Shown: positions 1 through 8,160 of the stretch, piece by piece
Position numbering within the stretch: the stretch's first letter is position 1
Layout of the letters: the number at the start of each line of letters is the position of its first letter
DNA from: an uncultured Gammaproteobacteria bacterium
GTDB lineage: Bacteria; Patescibacteriota; Patescibacteriia; Magasanikbacterales; GWA2-37-8
Length of the DNA: 64,000 nucleotides
Direction: 5' to 3'
Assembly (NCBI GenBank): GCA_964540825.1
Contig: CAZINT010000003.1
Span: 19,250-83,249 of the forward strand
Made by a program: the position numbers and the translations under genes
The notes under the pieces: generated by a model
Database searches by the model: none
Seen by the model: only the letters and a program-made list of their open reading frames with translations
Told to the model about the DNA's origin: nothing

Positions 1-2291
1 TCGACCTTAAGGCGTTCCATGGTACGATATTTTTGCGCATCGCCAGCAAACCAACCGATGGCGCAATCTATTTGATCAACTAATTCCCCGGTATTTTTAA
101 CAAGATTAATAATGTTACCCGCTGGATTAAAACCAGACGCTAAGGAATAGAGTGCATCAGCTGGAATATTACGCACCACCTCATCATTACTTCTTTCAAG
201 TAAAAAATAATCGTGAGCAGCGATAAATTTATTTTTTAAAGCGATGTCCATTGGCTGACCAGAAACAAAAATTTTCCAACCCGTAAGATCAATCGGATTA
301 TCCGTCGTGTTATATAATTCTATCCACTGGTTACTCGAGTACTCGCTGTTCGTGCCTGCCCAATCCACTTCGTTAATGACCACCTCTTGAGTATGCGGAA
401 TAAGGATACTTGTCACGGTACTCCACTCGGAAACATTGCCCGATGCATCACTAGCCCGAGCACGTAAAAAGTATTTCGTACCCCTGATTACTGGAAGTTT
501 AAAAACGGTACTGGTTGTCGAAGTAGCAACATCTTGCCATATTTTTTCTGTACTTGTCGTTGTACTTAATGAAAGATCGTAAAGTATCACTGGCGACCCA
601 GTATCGGTACTGCTCAGGGTAACTTGCAGCGTTGGGCTCACTGACTCCTTCAAAAAAACTACGTTAATTTCCGGGATACTTGGAGCACTTGTATCAACGA
701 TGGGTAGAACCGGTTCAGTAGAAGACGTTGAAGTAGCAGTTAAGGTTGTTGGGACTGCTGCAACACTAGATGTGCTCGCAGGAAGAGTACTCGACGCTAT
801 AACATCAATCGTTGTAGTAGTAAAAAGAGTAGTCGTCACCACACTATCCGCAACATTTTCAGCCTGCATAGCACTTGTAGCGCTTCCACCGTTTGTATCA
901 GGAGTACTACTTTTAGGGACAAGTGTCGGCTTCGGGGTTATCACTTTTATTACAGGATCAATTGGAGCTTCTATTTTAAGGCCAAGCACAGCCTGCGCTG
1001 GAGTCTGAATAACTTTTTTAGGCGCCTGGACTGGAGCTGCGGGCTTGGGAATAGTTGGCAGCTCTGGCCCATACGGATCAGCGGCTACAGGTTGAGGGCT
1101 CAGAAGACTAATGTTCTCAGTTTGCACCAAAGGAGCCGGCGTATCAAATAACGAATTAAAACTATTTTGCAAAAAAGTTACCGCTGGCAAAATATAGCCA
1201 AACCCGAGTGAGTACATTTTATTCCCCTTAACCGTAGTTGGTATGGGCGGCAATAATGCCGGGTTTTTCTTAGCATTTTCACCTTCTTGTTTAAAAAGCT
1301 TAATAACTCCTGCGCCGTCGAGAACAGCTGCGGTGGAGAGGCGGGTGAAGTAGGCGGAAAGAACTAGAGGATTATCAGCATTATCAATAAGAGAATATTT
1401 TTTTGCAAAAGTGAAAGTATTCTTATCAAATATACTTCTAACGCTGACTAAGGGAAATTTTTTACCTTCTTTATCGTTTGCATATCCATAACCATTTTCT
1501 TCTATTAATATTTGCGGTTTCGAATATTTATAAGAATTGATAGTATGCTCACTAAAAAAATAATTATTTGAGTAACTAGCCAGGTCATCAAAATAAGCAT
1601 CAAGTGAACCAAAAATTACCGGCTGTTCCTTATTTTTTAATAAATGAGGAGATAGTTTTAAATTTCCACGTGAAAACTGATCCGCAAAATCTTCATAAGG
1701 GCTTCCACCATCCTGCGTTATCGCACTAGCATCATGTACATGCGTATCGTTACGGGTATGATCGGGCACGGTAGCGTCTTCGAGCAAGTGAAGAATGTGA
1801 CCTAAAATATAATAAGCTTTGTCAGTATCACCCTCGGCATAAGCACGCACCCCGTTTTCCCACGTGTTATTACCACCAAAATCTGAGTATTTAGTTTGCA
1901 AAAGTTCAGCATGAGCCCATTTTTTGGAAGAGAGTATTTCGGTATTAGCATTTAAGAATACTTTAGTAAAAACCTGAAGCACTCCCTGAGGAATTATGCC
2001 TAAATTTTGAGCGAGCCATCCGTCGTTAGTCGTGGGGTCATAAAAATGATTGAGCCAACGCGGCGGTGTATCTTCATCGATTGAGCCTTTAATTATTTGC
2101 TCTTTATCCTTAGAAGTAATTTTTTGATCAGGGAATGAAGTGTTATAAAAATCAACAATTTGATCAGTTAGAGCAGGGTGCGTTGTATTAGTTGCGTAAC
2201 TAAGTGCAATTTTGGGACAAGCTAATTGAGTAAAAAATAAAACTGCCAGAGCAAATAAAAAGAAACGTGCTTTCTTTTTTATATTTTTCAT
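1..2291 (-). CDS. Secreted zinc-dependent phospholipase C / P1-nuclease superfamily protein with Ser/Thr-rich linker, Ig/FN3-like module and C-terminal lamin-tail domain (LTD). Partial: the C-terminus runs off the window start.
   Basis: Not in the ORF track because it is open at position 1. Translating the minus strand from the ATG at 2291 gives MKNIKKKARFFLFALAVLFF, a signal peptide. Downstream motifs NHFYDPTTNDGW and YILGHILHLLEDATVPDHT match the HFWDPD and GxxxHxxxDxxxPxH zinc ligand motifs of PLC/alpha-toxin N-domains. A long T/S-rich linker follows. The C-terminal segment VINEVDWAGTNSEYSSNQWIELYNTTDNPIDLTGWKI is a typical lamin-tail domain. No stop codon occurs before position 1. Confidence 0.6.
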   Translation of the reverse strand, partial: MKNIKKKARFFLFALAVLFFTQLACPKIALSYATNTTHPALTDQIVDFYNTSFPDQKITSKDKEQIIKGSIDEDTPPRWLNHFYDPTTNDGWLAQNLGIIPQGVLQVFTKVFLNANTEILSSKKWAHAELLQTKYSDFGGNNTWENGVRAYAEGDTDKAYYILGHILHLLEDATVPDHTRNDTHVHDASAITQDGGSPYEDFADQFSRGNLKLSPHLLKNKEQPVIFGSLDAYFDDLASYSNNYFFSEHTINSYKYSKPQILIEENGYGYANDKEGKKFPLVSVRSIFDKNTFTFAKKYSLIDNADNPLVLSAYFTRLSTAAVLDGAGVIKLFKQEGENAKKNPALLPPIPTTVKGNKMYSLGFGYILPAVTFLQNSFNSLFDTPAPLVQTENISLLSPQPVAADPYGPELPTIPKPAAPVQAPKKVIQTPAQAVLGLKIEAPIDPVIKVITPKPTLVPKSSTPDTNGGSATSAMQAENVADSVVTTTLFTTTTIDVIASSTLPASTSSVAAVPTTLTATSTSSTEPVLPIVDTSAPSIPEINVVFLKESVSPTLQVTLSSTDTGSPVILYDLSLSTTTSTEKIWQDVATSTTSTVFKLPVIRGTKYFLRARASDASGNVSEWSTVTSILIPHTQEVVINEVDWAGTNSEYSSNQWIELYNTTDNPIDLTGWKIFVSGQPMDIALKNKFIAAHDYFLLERSNDEVVRNIPADALYSLASGFNPAGNIINLVKNTGELVDQIDCAIGWFAGDAQKYRTMERLKV

Positions 2292-2296
2292 AAACC

Positions 2297-2794
2297 CTAC
2301 AATTCAGCTATTTTCCAGTTGCCATTCGGATATTTTGCAAAATCAAATAACACTCTGTTCTCAGTTGAGAAATTGTATTTATTCATCCTTAACCAAAGCG
2401 GTTCTCTTGTTTTTATTTCCTCAACCCCTTCTTTGGTCACTTTTAACAATTCTTGTAATTTATTCTCTTGCCCTCCTTTTTTAAGAGTTTTATTCCACTC
2501 CTCCTGCTTACTCAAAATAAAATATTTACTTGCCAAATCATAATCTCCCTTTTCAACAGCAGTGATAAATAATTCTAACGTCTCTTTGGGCGTTGCACCG
2601 CCATAGGTGTCTTCGAGGTACGGCCGCTCTTCTTCGGCCTGAAGCGCAGCGAGATCGCGATTAAATTTCCAGGTTTGATATTTTGGCCAACCCCACATGA
2701 TTAAAAAAAGTATCACTATTAAACCAACTAAAATAACGAACGTAATTTCCATTTTTTTAAGAGCCGTTTTTTTTGGATCACTCTCCATATGCAT
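2297..2794 (-). CDS. Hypothetical membrane-anchored protein, likely co-transcribed with the downstream PLC-LTD gene (5 bp gap).
   Basis: ORF track 165 aa. One hydrophobic segment, ITFVILVGLIVILFLIMWGW. No recognisable domain. Confidence 0.45.
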   Translation of the reverse strand: MHMESDPKKTALKKMEITFVILVGLIVILFLIMWGWPKYQTWKFNRDLAALQAEEERPYLEDTYGGATPKETLELFITAVEKGDYDLASKYFILSKQEEWNKTLKKGGQENKLQELLKVTKEGVEEIKTREPLWLRMNKYNFSTENRVLFDFAKYPNGNWKIAEL

Positions 2795-2928
2795 AATTAA
2801 TAAATAAATTTTTCATCCATATTATTTCATACCGCCACCCACAAAACAATAATCAGTCAACTGGTTTTTCCACCGCCGTCAAAAATTTTTTTACTCAATA
2901 AGCATTGACAAAACCCTTAAAATAAGGT

Positions 2929-3639
2929 ATGGAACCATTAACTACAACGGAGCGTCACATGCAGGATTTCACCGTCCTCATATTCTATGGCGCTCAAAGT
3001 GGGGCGCCCGATCTTTCACCCGCCGACGGCGCAGCAATGACCGCGCTTGGGCGAGCGATTGATGCTTACCTGGCTATCAGCCACGAAGAGCTCGCGTTCG
3101 CTGTGACAGGCACACAGCAATCGGCACTCGTGGCTACCGCACGTATACAAGCAGAGCTTGAGTACCGCATTCAAACAGAGCAGCGGCCCTGTCTCGACGA
3201 CCTGTCTTCGAGCTGCTACGAACTGTCGGCCAGCCAGCACCAGAGCCTACTCTCTGAGTGTCAGGAGGCATACGGACGAGTTACACCGCGCAGTATGGCC
3301 GGACTTTTCCAAACGCAGCCGGCTCGGGTGCGCCAGTGTATCCAAGAATACTTCCGCCGTGGTGCAACCGAGATTACGAGCATCCTTGCCCAGCTAGCAC
3401 ATGTGGCCGGAGTCTTTCCGGACAAAAAGATAGCTGGTCTTTGGCTCGCCAATCGCTTTAGCTTTGTGGAAGGAATGTTCCGCTACCTGAACGGCATACG
3501 GGGAGACGACCTACTTCACAATTTGGCTATCGATCTGCTCCGCGAAGATGAAGGGCATCAAGCCATCTTTCGGCAAAAAGATGGCGGGCCGGTGCTCGAC
3601 CGCATCGAACGCATCGTCTTGCCCACCCTCACCACCTAA
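2929..3639 (+). CDS. Hypothetical protein, first gene of GC-rich islet 1.
   Basis: ORF track 236 aa. Markedly higher GC than flanking DNA. AAGG Shine-Dalgarno site before the ATG. Overlapping alternate-frame ORFs rejected as GC artefacts. Confidence 0.45.
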   Translation: MEPLTTTERHMQDFTVLIFYGAQSGAPDLSPADGAAMTALGRAIDAYLAISHEELAFAVTGTQQSALVATARIQAELEYRIQTEQRPCLDDLSSSCYELSASQHQSLLSECQEAYGRVTPRSMAGLFQTQPARVRQCIQEYFRRGATEITSILAQLAHVAGVFPDKKIAGLWLANRFSFVEGMFRYLNGIRGDDLLHNLAIDLLREDEGHQAIFRQKDGGPVLDRIERIVLPTLTT

Positions 3640-3856
3640 CTACCGTCGGCCGCATCAGCCTACTGATCGCGGCCGACGAGAAATTTCCCATCCTTAATGA
3701 GGTTGGTTTTTTTATTTTTTAAAAATAATTTTGAACCTTTATTATATTGACATGGTCGTAATTTTGTGATTAACTATGCTGTTGGCTAGGGTTAAAAACC
3801 TGCCTTCAGAGAACACCCTTCACAACAGCTGCAGAAAATCGCTGGAGGAAGCAACC

Positions 3857-4570
3857 ATGTCTACGACCCACGAAGTGCTTTTTTTGCAAGAGCCACTGCA
3901 CGATGGACGCGAGCTCTCGATCGAGGCACGCGCCCACCTCATCGCCGTCGGGCGACTGCTCAGCCTGCAGATGAGAGCCAGAAAGGAGAGCATCGGCCAC
4001 ATCGGGATCAGCAACAACTCGGTGAGCCGTGACTGCGCCAAGCTCTTCGAAAAGGGCTTCGGCGACGAGCCGCGCTCCATGCAGATGGCCAGCTACTTCG
4101 GGGACTTCTTCCGGAACGCGACTCATCTCAGCACCGCGAGCCGCGATGCCATCATACGGCTCGCGCAAAACGGCGGTTCCGCGCCCCCGACCTCCAAGTC
4201 GGTGAAGATCGTGCTCAGGCAGAACCCCAGGCTCCTCTCCGAGGTCATCCCCTACATCCACGAGTACGCCACGCACCTCCTCAGCATCGCGAAGGTGCTC
4301 GACCACCGCTCCGAGGAGGTCGGCGCCGAAGCGAGCGGCACGTCGCTCGTCGGCATCATCTTCGTCTCCGACCTCAACCTCGCCGAGCTCGCGATCAGCC
4401 GCCTCGAGGGCAAGCGCAGCACGGACCTGCCCACCCACGCCCTCGATTTGCGCCTGAAGCCGACGCGCGGCCTGCGCATCACCGTCAAGGTCAGCGACCA
4501 GATCGAGGGAGCCTGCTTCGCGACGAGTCAGATCAACTTCCCGGAGCTCGAGGGGAAGAACAAGAGCTGA
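3857..4570 (+). CDS. Hypothetical protein (GC-rich islet 1). Start moved to MSTTHEV.
   Basis: Third-position GC is near-saturated in this frame only. GGAGGA Shine-Dalgarno site 7 nt upstream of the ATG at 3857. The antisense ORF 3806..4438 has R/A/G/D-rich junk composition. Confidence 0.5.
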   Translation: MSTTHEVLFLQEPLHDGRELSIEARAHLIAVGRLLSLQMRARKESIGHIGISNNSVSRDCAKLFEKGFGDEPRSMQMASYFGDFFRNATHLSTASRDAIIRLAQNGGSAPPTSKSVKIVLRQNPRLLSEVIPYIHEYATHLLSIAKVLDHRSEEVGAEASGTSLVGIIFVSDLNLAELAISRLEGKRSTDLPTHALDLRLKPTRGLRITVKVSDQIEGACFATSQINFPELEGKNKS

Positions 4571-4584
4571 AACACGTCACAGTG

Positions 4585-4635
4585 CCGGCCGCGCGAACCC
4601 ACCACAAGGAGCGCGCGGCCGGTCTTCCATTTCTC
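4585..4635. terminator. GC-rich hairpin terminator between the convergent islet genes.
   Basis: CCGGCCGCGCG (4585-4595), then a 16-nt loop, then CGCGCGGCCGG (4612-4622), followed by a T-rich tract. A second imperfect hairpin at 4676-4730 faces the minus-strand gene. Confidence 0.45.
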
Positions 4636-4738
4636 AACCAACACCGGTTGATTTTTTTATTTTAAAAACAAAGGACCCGCACCAGAAGTGTTCCGAACTG
4701 AATCGGTTCTGATGCGGGTTGGTTGGAGTGCTGCGCCG

Positions 4739-5218
4739 CTAGAACGGCAGGCGCAGCCGGAGGTCGTCGCAGTAGCGGTAGCTGTACCCGATACACCGAG
4801 CCTCGTTCTCGCGGCGCTTGCGCCCGAGGAGCTTGTCCGCCATCGGGCACAGATCGGTGATCTGATACTTCATCCCGGCGGTACGCGAAGGATCAAGTGA
4901 AGCCGGGCAGAGGTACTCGAGCCCCTCGCCGGTGGCGGTGTAGACCACCTGCAGCCGACGACCACCCGATGTCTTCTTGACGATCTCGTACTTCCAGGCC
5001 GTCGCGACGGGGCTCGTGGCGATCAGCCAGTCGAGCTGCTCGCTGGACGGCGCGCTGTCGCCCATGTAGACGTAGCGCGCGGAGTCACCGGCCAGGTAGA
5101 AGGTCAGGACGTGCTCCTCGTTCGGGATGATGAGGTCGTTGATCATCGGGACGGCACCCAGGAACCAGATGAAAAGGCAGGTAATGACCGAGGCAGCGAC
5201 TAGCAAACGCTTCTTCAC
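4739..5218 (-). CDS. Hypothetical secreted or membrane-anchored protein (GC-rich islet 1), GTG start.
   Basis: ORF track 159 aa. N-terminal hydrophobic segment. AAGGAGG Shine-Dalgarno site 6 nt upstream of the GTG. Very high third-position GC. Confidence 0.5.
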   Translation of the reverse strand: MKKRLLVAASVITCLFIWFLGAVPMINDLIIPNEEHVLTFYLAGDSARYVYMGDSAPSSEQLDWLIATSPVATAWKYEIVKKTSGGRRLQVVYTATGEGLEYLCPASLDPSRTAGMKYQITDLCPMADKLLGRKRRENEARCIGYSYRYCDDLRLRLPF

Positions 5219-5411
5219 GATAGGCCTCCTTTTGTGGGCATGGTTCTGACAGCAAGACTGTCATAAGTTTACCCACAAAATATTTCTTTCATTATACTTT
5301 CATATACTCAAAATTTTTTCAATGCTGAGTACAGGAGTCGAGACTTTTTGAAAGGCGTCTCGACCGATGCCTTGCTGCCTGGGGCGGTAGCTGCCTTTGT
5401 GCTTCGGGCGT

Positions 5412-5801
5412 CTAGCGGTCGTCGTCGACGCAGGGCCGCACGCGGATCCCCTGCCCCCTTGTCTCGGGGTGCAGGAAGTCGAAGATCATTTGCTGGGCAT
5501 CGTTGATGTTCCCGCCACCGACCTGCTTGTGCGTGAGCAGATAGGCCTTGGCTCCGCTGCCGCGAACGGTATCGATCGACAGCGACCACTCCTGCAACCC
5601 GGGCGGCGCCAGATTCACGAAGTTGCAGATGGTGTCGCGCGGCGGCTGCACCTCGAGCTTCGACTCGATGACGTTGTCGTAGCGCAGGATGTAGTAGGTG
5701 TGACGCTGGAACTGATCGCGATAGACCATATGGAGCAGCGCTCCAAGCAGCACAGCCACGGCCAAGGCTCTCAGTGGATACACAGCCAGATACTGACGCA
5801 T
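5412..5801 (-). CDS. Hypothetical secreted protein (GC-rich islet 1).
   Basis: ORF track 129 aa. Signal-like N-terminus LRALAVAVLLGALL. GAGGTGAG Shine-Dalgarno site. High third-position GC. Confidence 0.5.
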   Translation of the reverse strand: MRQYLAVYPLRALAVAVLLGALLHMVYRDQFQRHTYYILRYDNVIESKLEVQPPRDTICNFVNLAPPGLQEWSLSIDTVRGSGAKAYLLTHKQVGGGNINDAQQMIFDFLHPETRGQGIRVRPCVDDDR

Positions 5802-5922
5802 AGGCTCACCTCATACAGCATGGATGCGTTGTGCTCCCGTCTACAGCGCACCGCGCGCTTGCATACGGAAAACAGCTCATTCTATCTTTTTTGTGCTCAT
5901 ATGTCAAGGTTCTGCTCACCCA

Positions 5923-5951
5923 TTGACACGTTTTATGTAAGCAGGTATATT
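5923..5951 (+). promoter_or_regulatory. Sigma70-type promoter for the marR / ABC exporter operon.
   Basis: TTGACA (5923-5928), a 17-nt spacer, then TATATT (5946-5951), 27 nt upstream of the marR ATG. The palindrome TTACGTAA (5962-5969) between the -10 and the ATG is a candidate MarR operator. Confidence 0.55.
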
Positions 5952-5978
5952 ATTAAGCAACTTACGTAATATACATCT

Positions 5979-6404
5979 ATGCACCGCAATGAAATACTGC
6001 CTTTATTTTTAGAAAACATGAGCGTACTCAAGCGACTCATGCGCCCTGCGAAGCAGAACGGTTCGCACTCCGGCATAACACCGGCCCAAATCGGAATCAT
6101 GCTGACCCTTTGGCACGAAGGGCCCAAAAGCATCAAAGAACTTTCCGAACTCCTGTGCATGTCGTCGAGCGCAGCAACGCAGCTGGTGGACGGGTTGGTA
6201 CGCGAACGGCTGCTTGAACGCACTGAAGACCCGCTCGACCGACGCAAAATTTCAGTTGCTCTTACCGCCCGGGGTAAGAAGAAACTGGCCGCAGCCCGCA
6301 AAAATCACCTCGCGCTTATTGCCAAACTTTTCAAACCCCTCTCCGATACCGAGGTTCGCGAGCTCTACCGTTTACAACAAAAAATTATTTCCCATCTTGC
6401 TTAA
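5979..6404 (+). CDS. MarR-family transcriptional regulator.
   Basis: 141 aa. Winged-helix signature LTLWHEGPKSIKELSELL...DPLDRRKISVALTARGKK. Confidence 0.8.
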   Translation: MHRNEILPLFLENMSVLKRLMRPAKQNGSHSGITPAQIGIMLTLWHEGPKSIKELSELLCMSSSAATQLVDGLVRERLLERTEDPLDRRKISVALTARGKKKLAAARKNHLALIAKLFKPLSDTEVRELYRLQQKIISHLA

Positions 6405-6408
6405 CTTT

Positions 6409-8160
6409 ATGCCTCGACCTCCTAAAACAGACAATCCAGCAAAGCCTAAGGCAAACCTTTTTAGTCTGCTCAAAGACTACCGCGGACAAATAATCCTACT
6501 CGTCGTGCTCGCGATAGCAGCGAACGCGATCAACCTCGTGGTACCCAAAATTACCGCCCACGGTATCGACACCTTCACCCGCGGCACGTATTCGCTCAGC
6601 ACAACACTAACCCAATTTATTTTGGCGGGTGTGGGCATTTTGGTATTTACCGCGCTCCAAAGCGTGGTGCAAACCTATGCCTCGGAACGTGTCGCTCGTG
6701 ACCTGCGCGAAAAAACAGCGGCCAAAATTTCGCGTCAGAGTTATACGTATATTCAAACCGCTTCGCCCAGTAAACTTCTGACCAACTTAACATCAGACAT
6801 CGACTCGATTAAATTGTTTGTCTCAATGGCGATCGTTTCACTCGTGTCCTCACTCTTTCTTATTGTTGGCGCGAGCACGTTACTCCTCCTGACTGACTGG
6901 AAACTCGCCCTCGTTGTACTCATGATTATTCCCCTTATCGGCGGCACATTCTTTGTCGTCTTCAAACGAATTAGCGCCCTCTTTAAAAAACGTCAAGAAA
7001 TTATTGACTGGCTCAATAAAGTTATTAACGAAAGCATTCTTGGCGCTGCAATTGTTCGCGTGCTGCATTCCGAAGCGCGCGAGCATGAAAAATTCCGTGC
7101 GGCCAATACCGATGCGCTTAACACCGGTTTTGGCATCTTGAAACTGTTTGCTTCAATGATTCCGATTATCACCTTTGTAGCCAACCTCGCCACGCTTGCC
7201 ATTCTTCTCTTAGGCGGACACTTTGTTATCCAAGGTTCCATGACGCTCGGCAGCTTTGCCGCTTTCAACAGTTACATTGCCATTCTTATTTTCCCGATTA
7301 TCATTATCGGCTTTATGAGCAACGTGATTGCCCAGGCTACTGCTTCGTATCAGCGTGTTAGCGAAGTGCTTGATGCGCCAGAAGAAGCGGCTGTTGGTCA
7401 AAAGAGCGGTGCCCTTGAAGGCGCGATCGCGGCAAACGACATTACCCTTACTTTTGGTGAGAAGCCAACACTTAAAGATGTGTCGTTTACCATGCAGCGC
7501 AAAAGTAAAACCGCTATTATCGGCCCAACGGCTGCTGGAAAAACACAGCTATTATATTTGCTGATCGGATTACTCCAGCCAACCAAAGGCACCATCACCT
7601 ATGATGGCGCTAATATTAACGACTACGAAAAAACAAATTTTCATAGCCAGGTTGGTTTTGTGTTTCAGGACAGCATCATGTTCAACCTCACTATTCGTGA
7701 AAATATCGCTTTTAGTACGACGGTTACCAACGAAGCCTTGCAAAAAGCTATTGATACGGCCGAATTGACCGACTTTATTAACGAACTTCCTCAAGGACTC
7801 GACACGATCGTTTCAGAACGCGGTGCCAGTTTATCGGGCGGACAAAAACAGCGCATCATGCTGGCGCGTGCCTTGGCACTTGATCCAAAAATTTTATACC
7901 TCGACGACTTTACTGCCCGCGTTGACGGCAGCACTGAAAAACGAATTTTGGATAATCTCGAAAAAAATTATCCGGAGCTAACCCTCGTATCGGTAACTCA
8001 AAAAATCGCCTCGGTCGAACACTATGACCAAATCATTCTCCTCATGGAGGGTGAAATACTCGGGAAAGGCACCCATGACGAACTCATGGAGTCATGCCCT
8101 GAATACGTTCAAATTTATAATTCTCAGCGTAGCACCAACACCTATGAATTACACGCTTAA
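6409..8160 (+). CDS. ABC exporter permease/ATPase subunit (type I exporter), the subunit carrying the degenerate NBD. Start moved to MPRPP.
   Basis: Six-TM domain followed by an NBD. Walker A GPTAAGKTQ. Signature LSGGQKQR. Walker B ILYLDD followed by F, so the catalytic Glu is replaced by Asp. H-loop is VTQK (Gln instead of His). The track start at 6214 overlaps marR and was rejected. Confidence 0.85.
   Translation: MPRPPKTDNPAKPKANLFSLLKDYRGQIILLVVLAIAANAINLVVPKITAHGIDTFTRGTYSLSTTLTQFILAGVGILVFTALQSVVQTYASERVARDLREKTAAKISRQSYTYIQTASPSKLLTNLTSDIDSIKLFVSMAIVSLVSSLFLIVGASTLLLLTDWKLALVVLMIIPLIGGTFFVVFKRISALFKKRQEIIDWLNKVINESILGAAIVRVLHSEAREHEKFRAANTDALNTGFGILKLFASMIPIITFVANLATLAILLLGGHFVIQGSMTLGSFAAFNSYIAILIFPIIIIGFMSNVIAQATASYQRVSEVLDAPEEAAVGQKSGALEGAIAANDITLTFGEKPTLKDVSFTMQRKSKTAIIGPTAAGKTQLLYLLIGLLQPTKGTITYDGANINDYEKTNFHSQVGFVFQDSIMFNLTIRENIAFSTTVTNEALQKAIDTAELTDFINELPQGLDTIVSERGASLSGGQKQRIMLARALALDPKILYLDDFTARVDGSTEKRILDNLEKNYPELTLVSVTQKIASVEHYDQIILLMEGEILGKGTHDELMESCPEYVQIYNSQRSTNTYELHA

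Noticed and set aside
700-1008. Plus-strand ORF (102 aa, V/T/A-rich) and other short plus-strand ORFs inside 1-2291.
   Set aside because: Antisense to the long, motif-supported PLC-LTD ORF. The composition is an artefact of the Thr/Ser codon run on the other strand.
3806-4438. Long alternate-frame ORFs within the GC-rich islets (3806..4438 -, 3016..3240 -, 5397..5969 +, 21435..22307 +, 21755..22246 -, 32883..33407 -, 32156..32476 -).
   Set aside because: High-GC DNA yields stop-free frames on both strands. These frames have R/A/G/P-rich junk composition and low third-position GC. The frames with saturated third-position GC and Shine-Dalgarno sites were kept.
6214-6408. Track start for the first ABC gene, overlapping marR by 190 nt.
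   Set aside because: The extension is in a different frame from marR and has P/R-rich junk composition. The MPRPP start at 6409 follows the marR stop and begins the TM domain.
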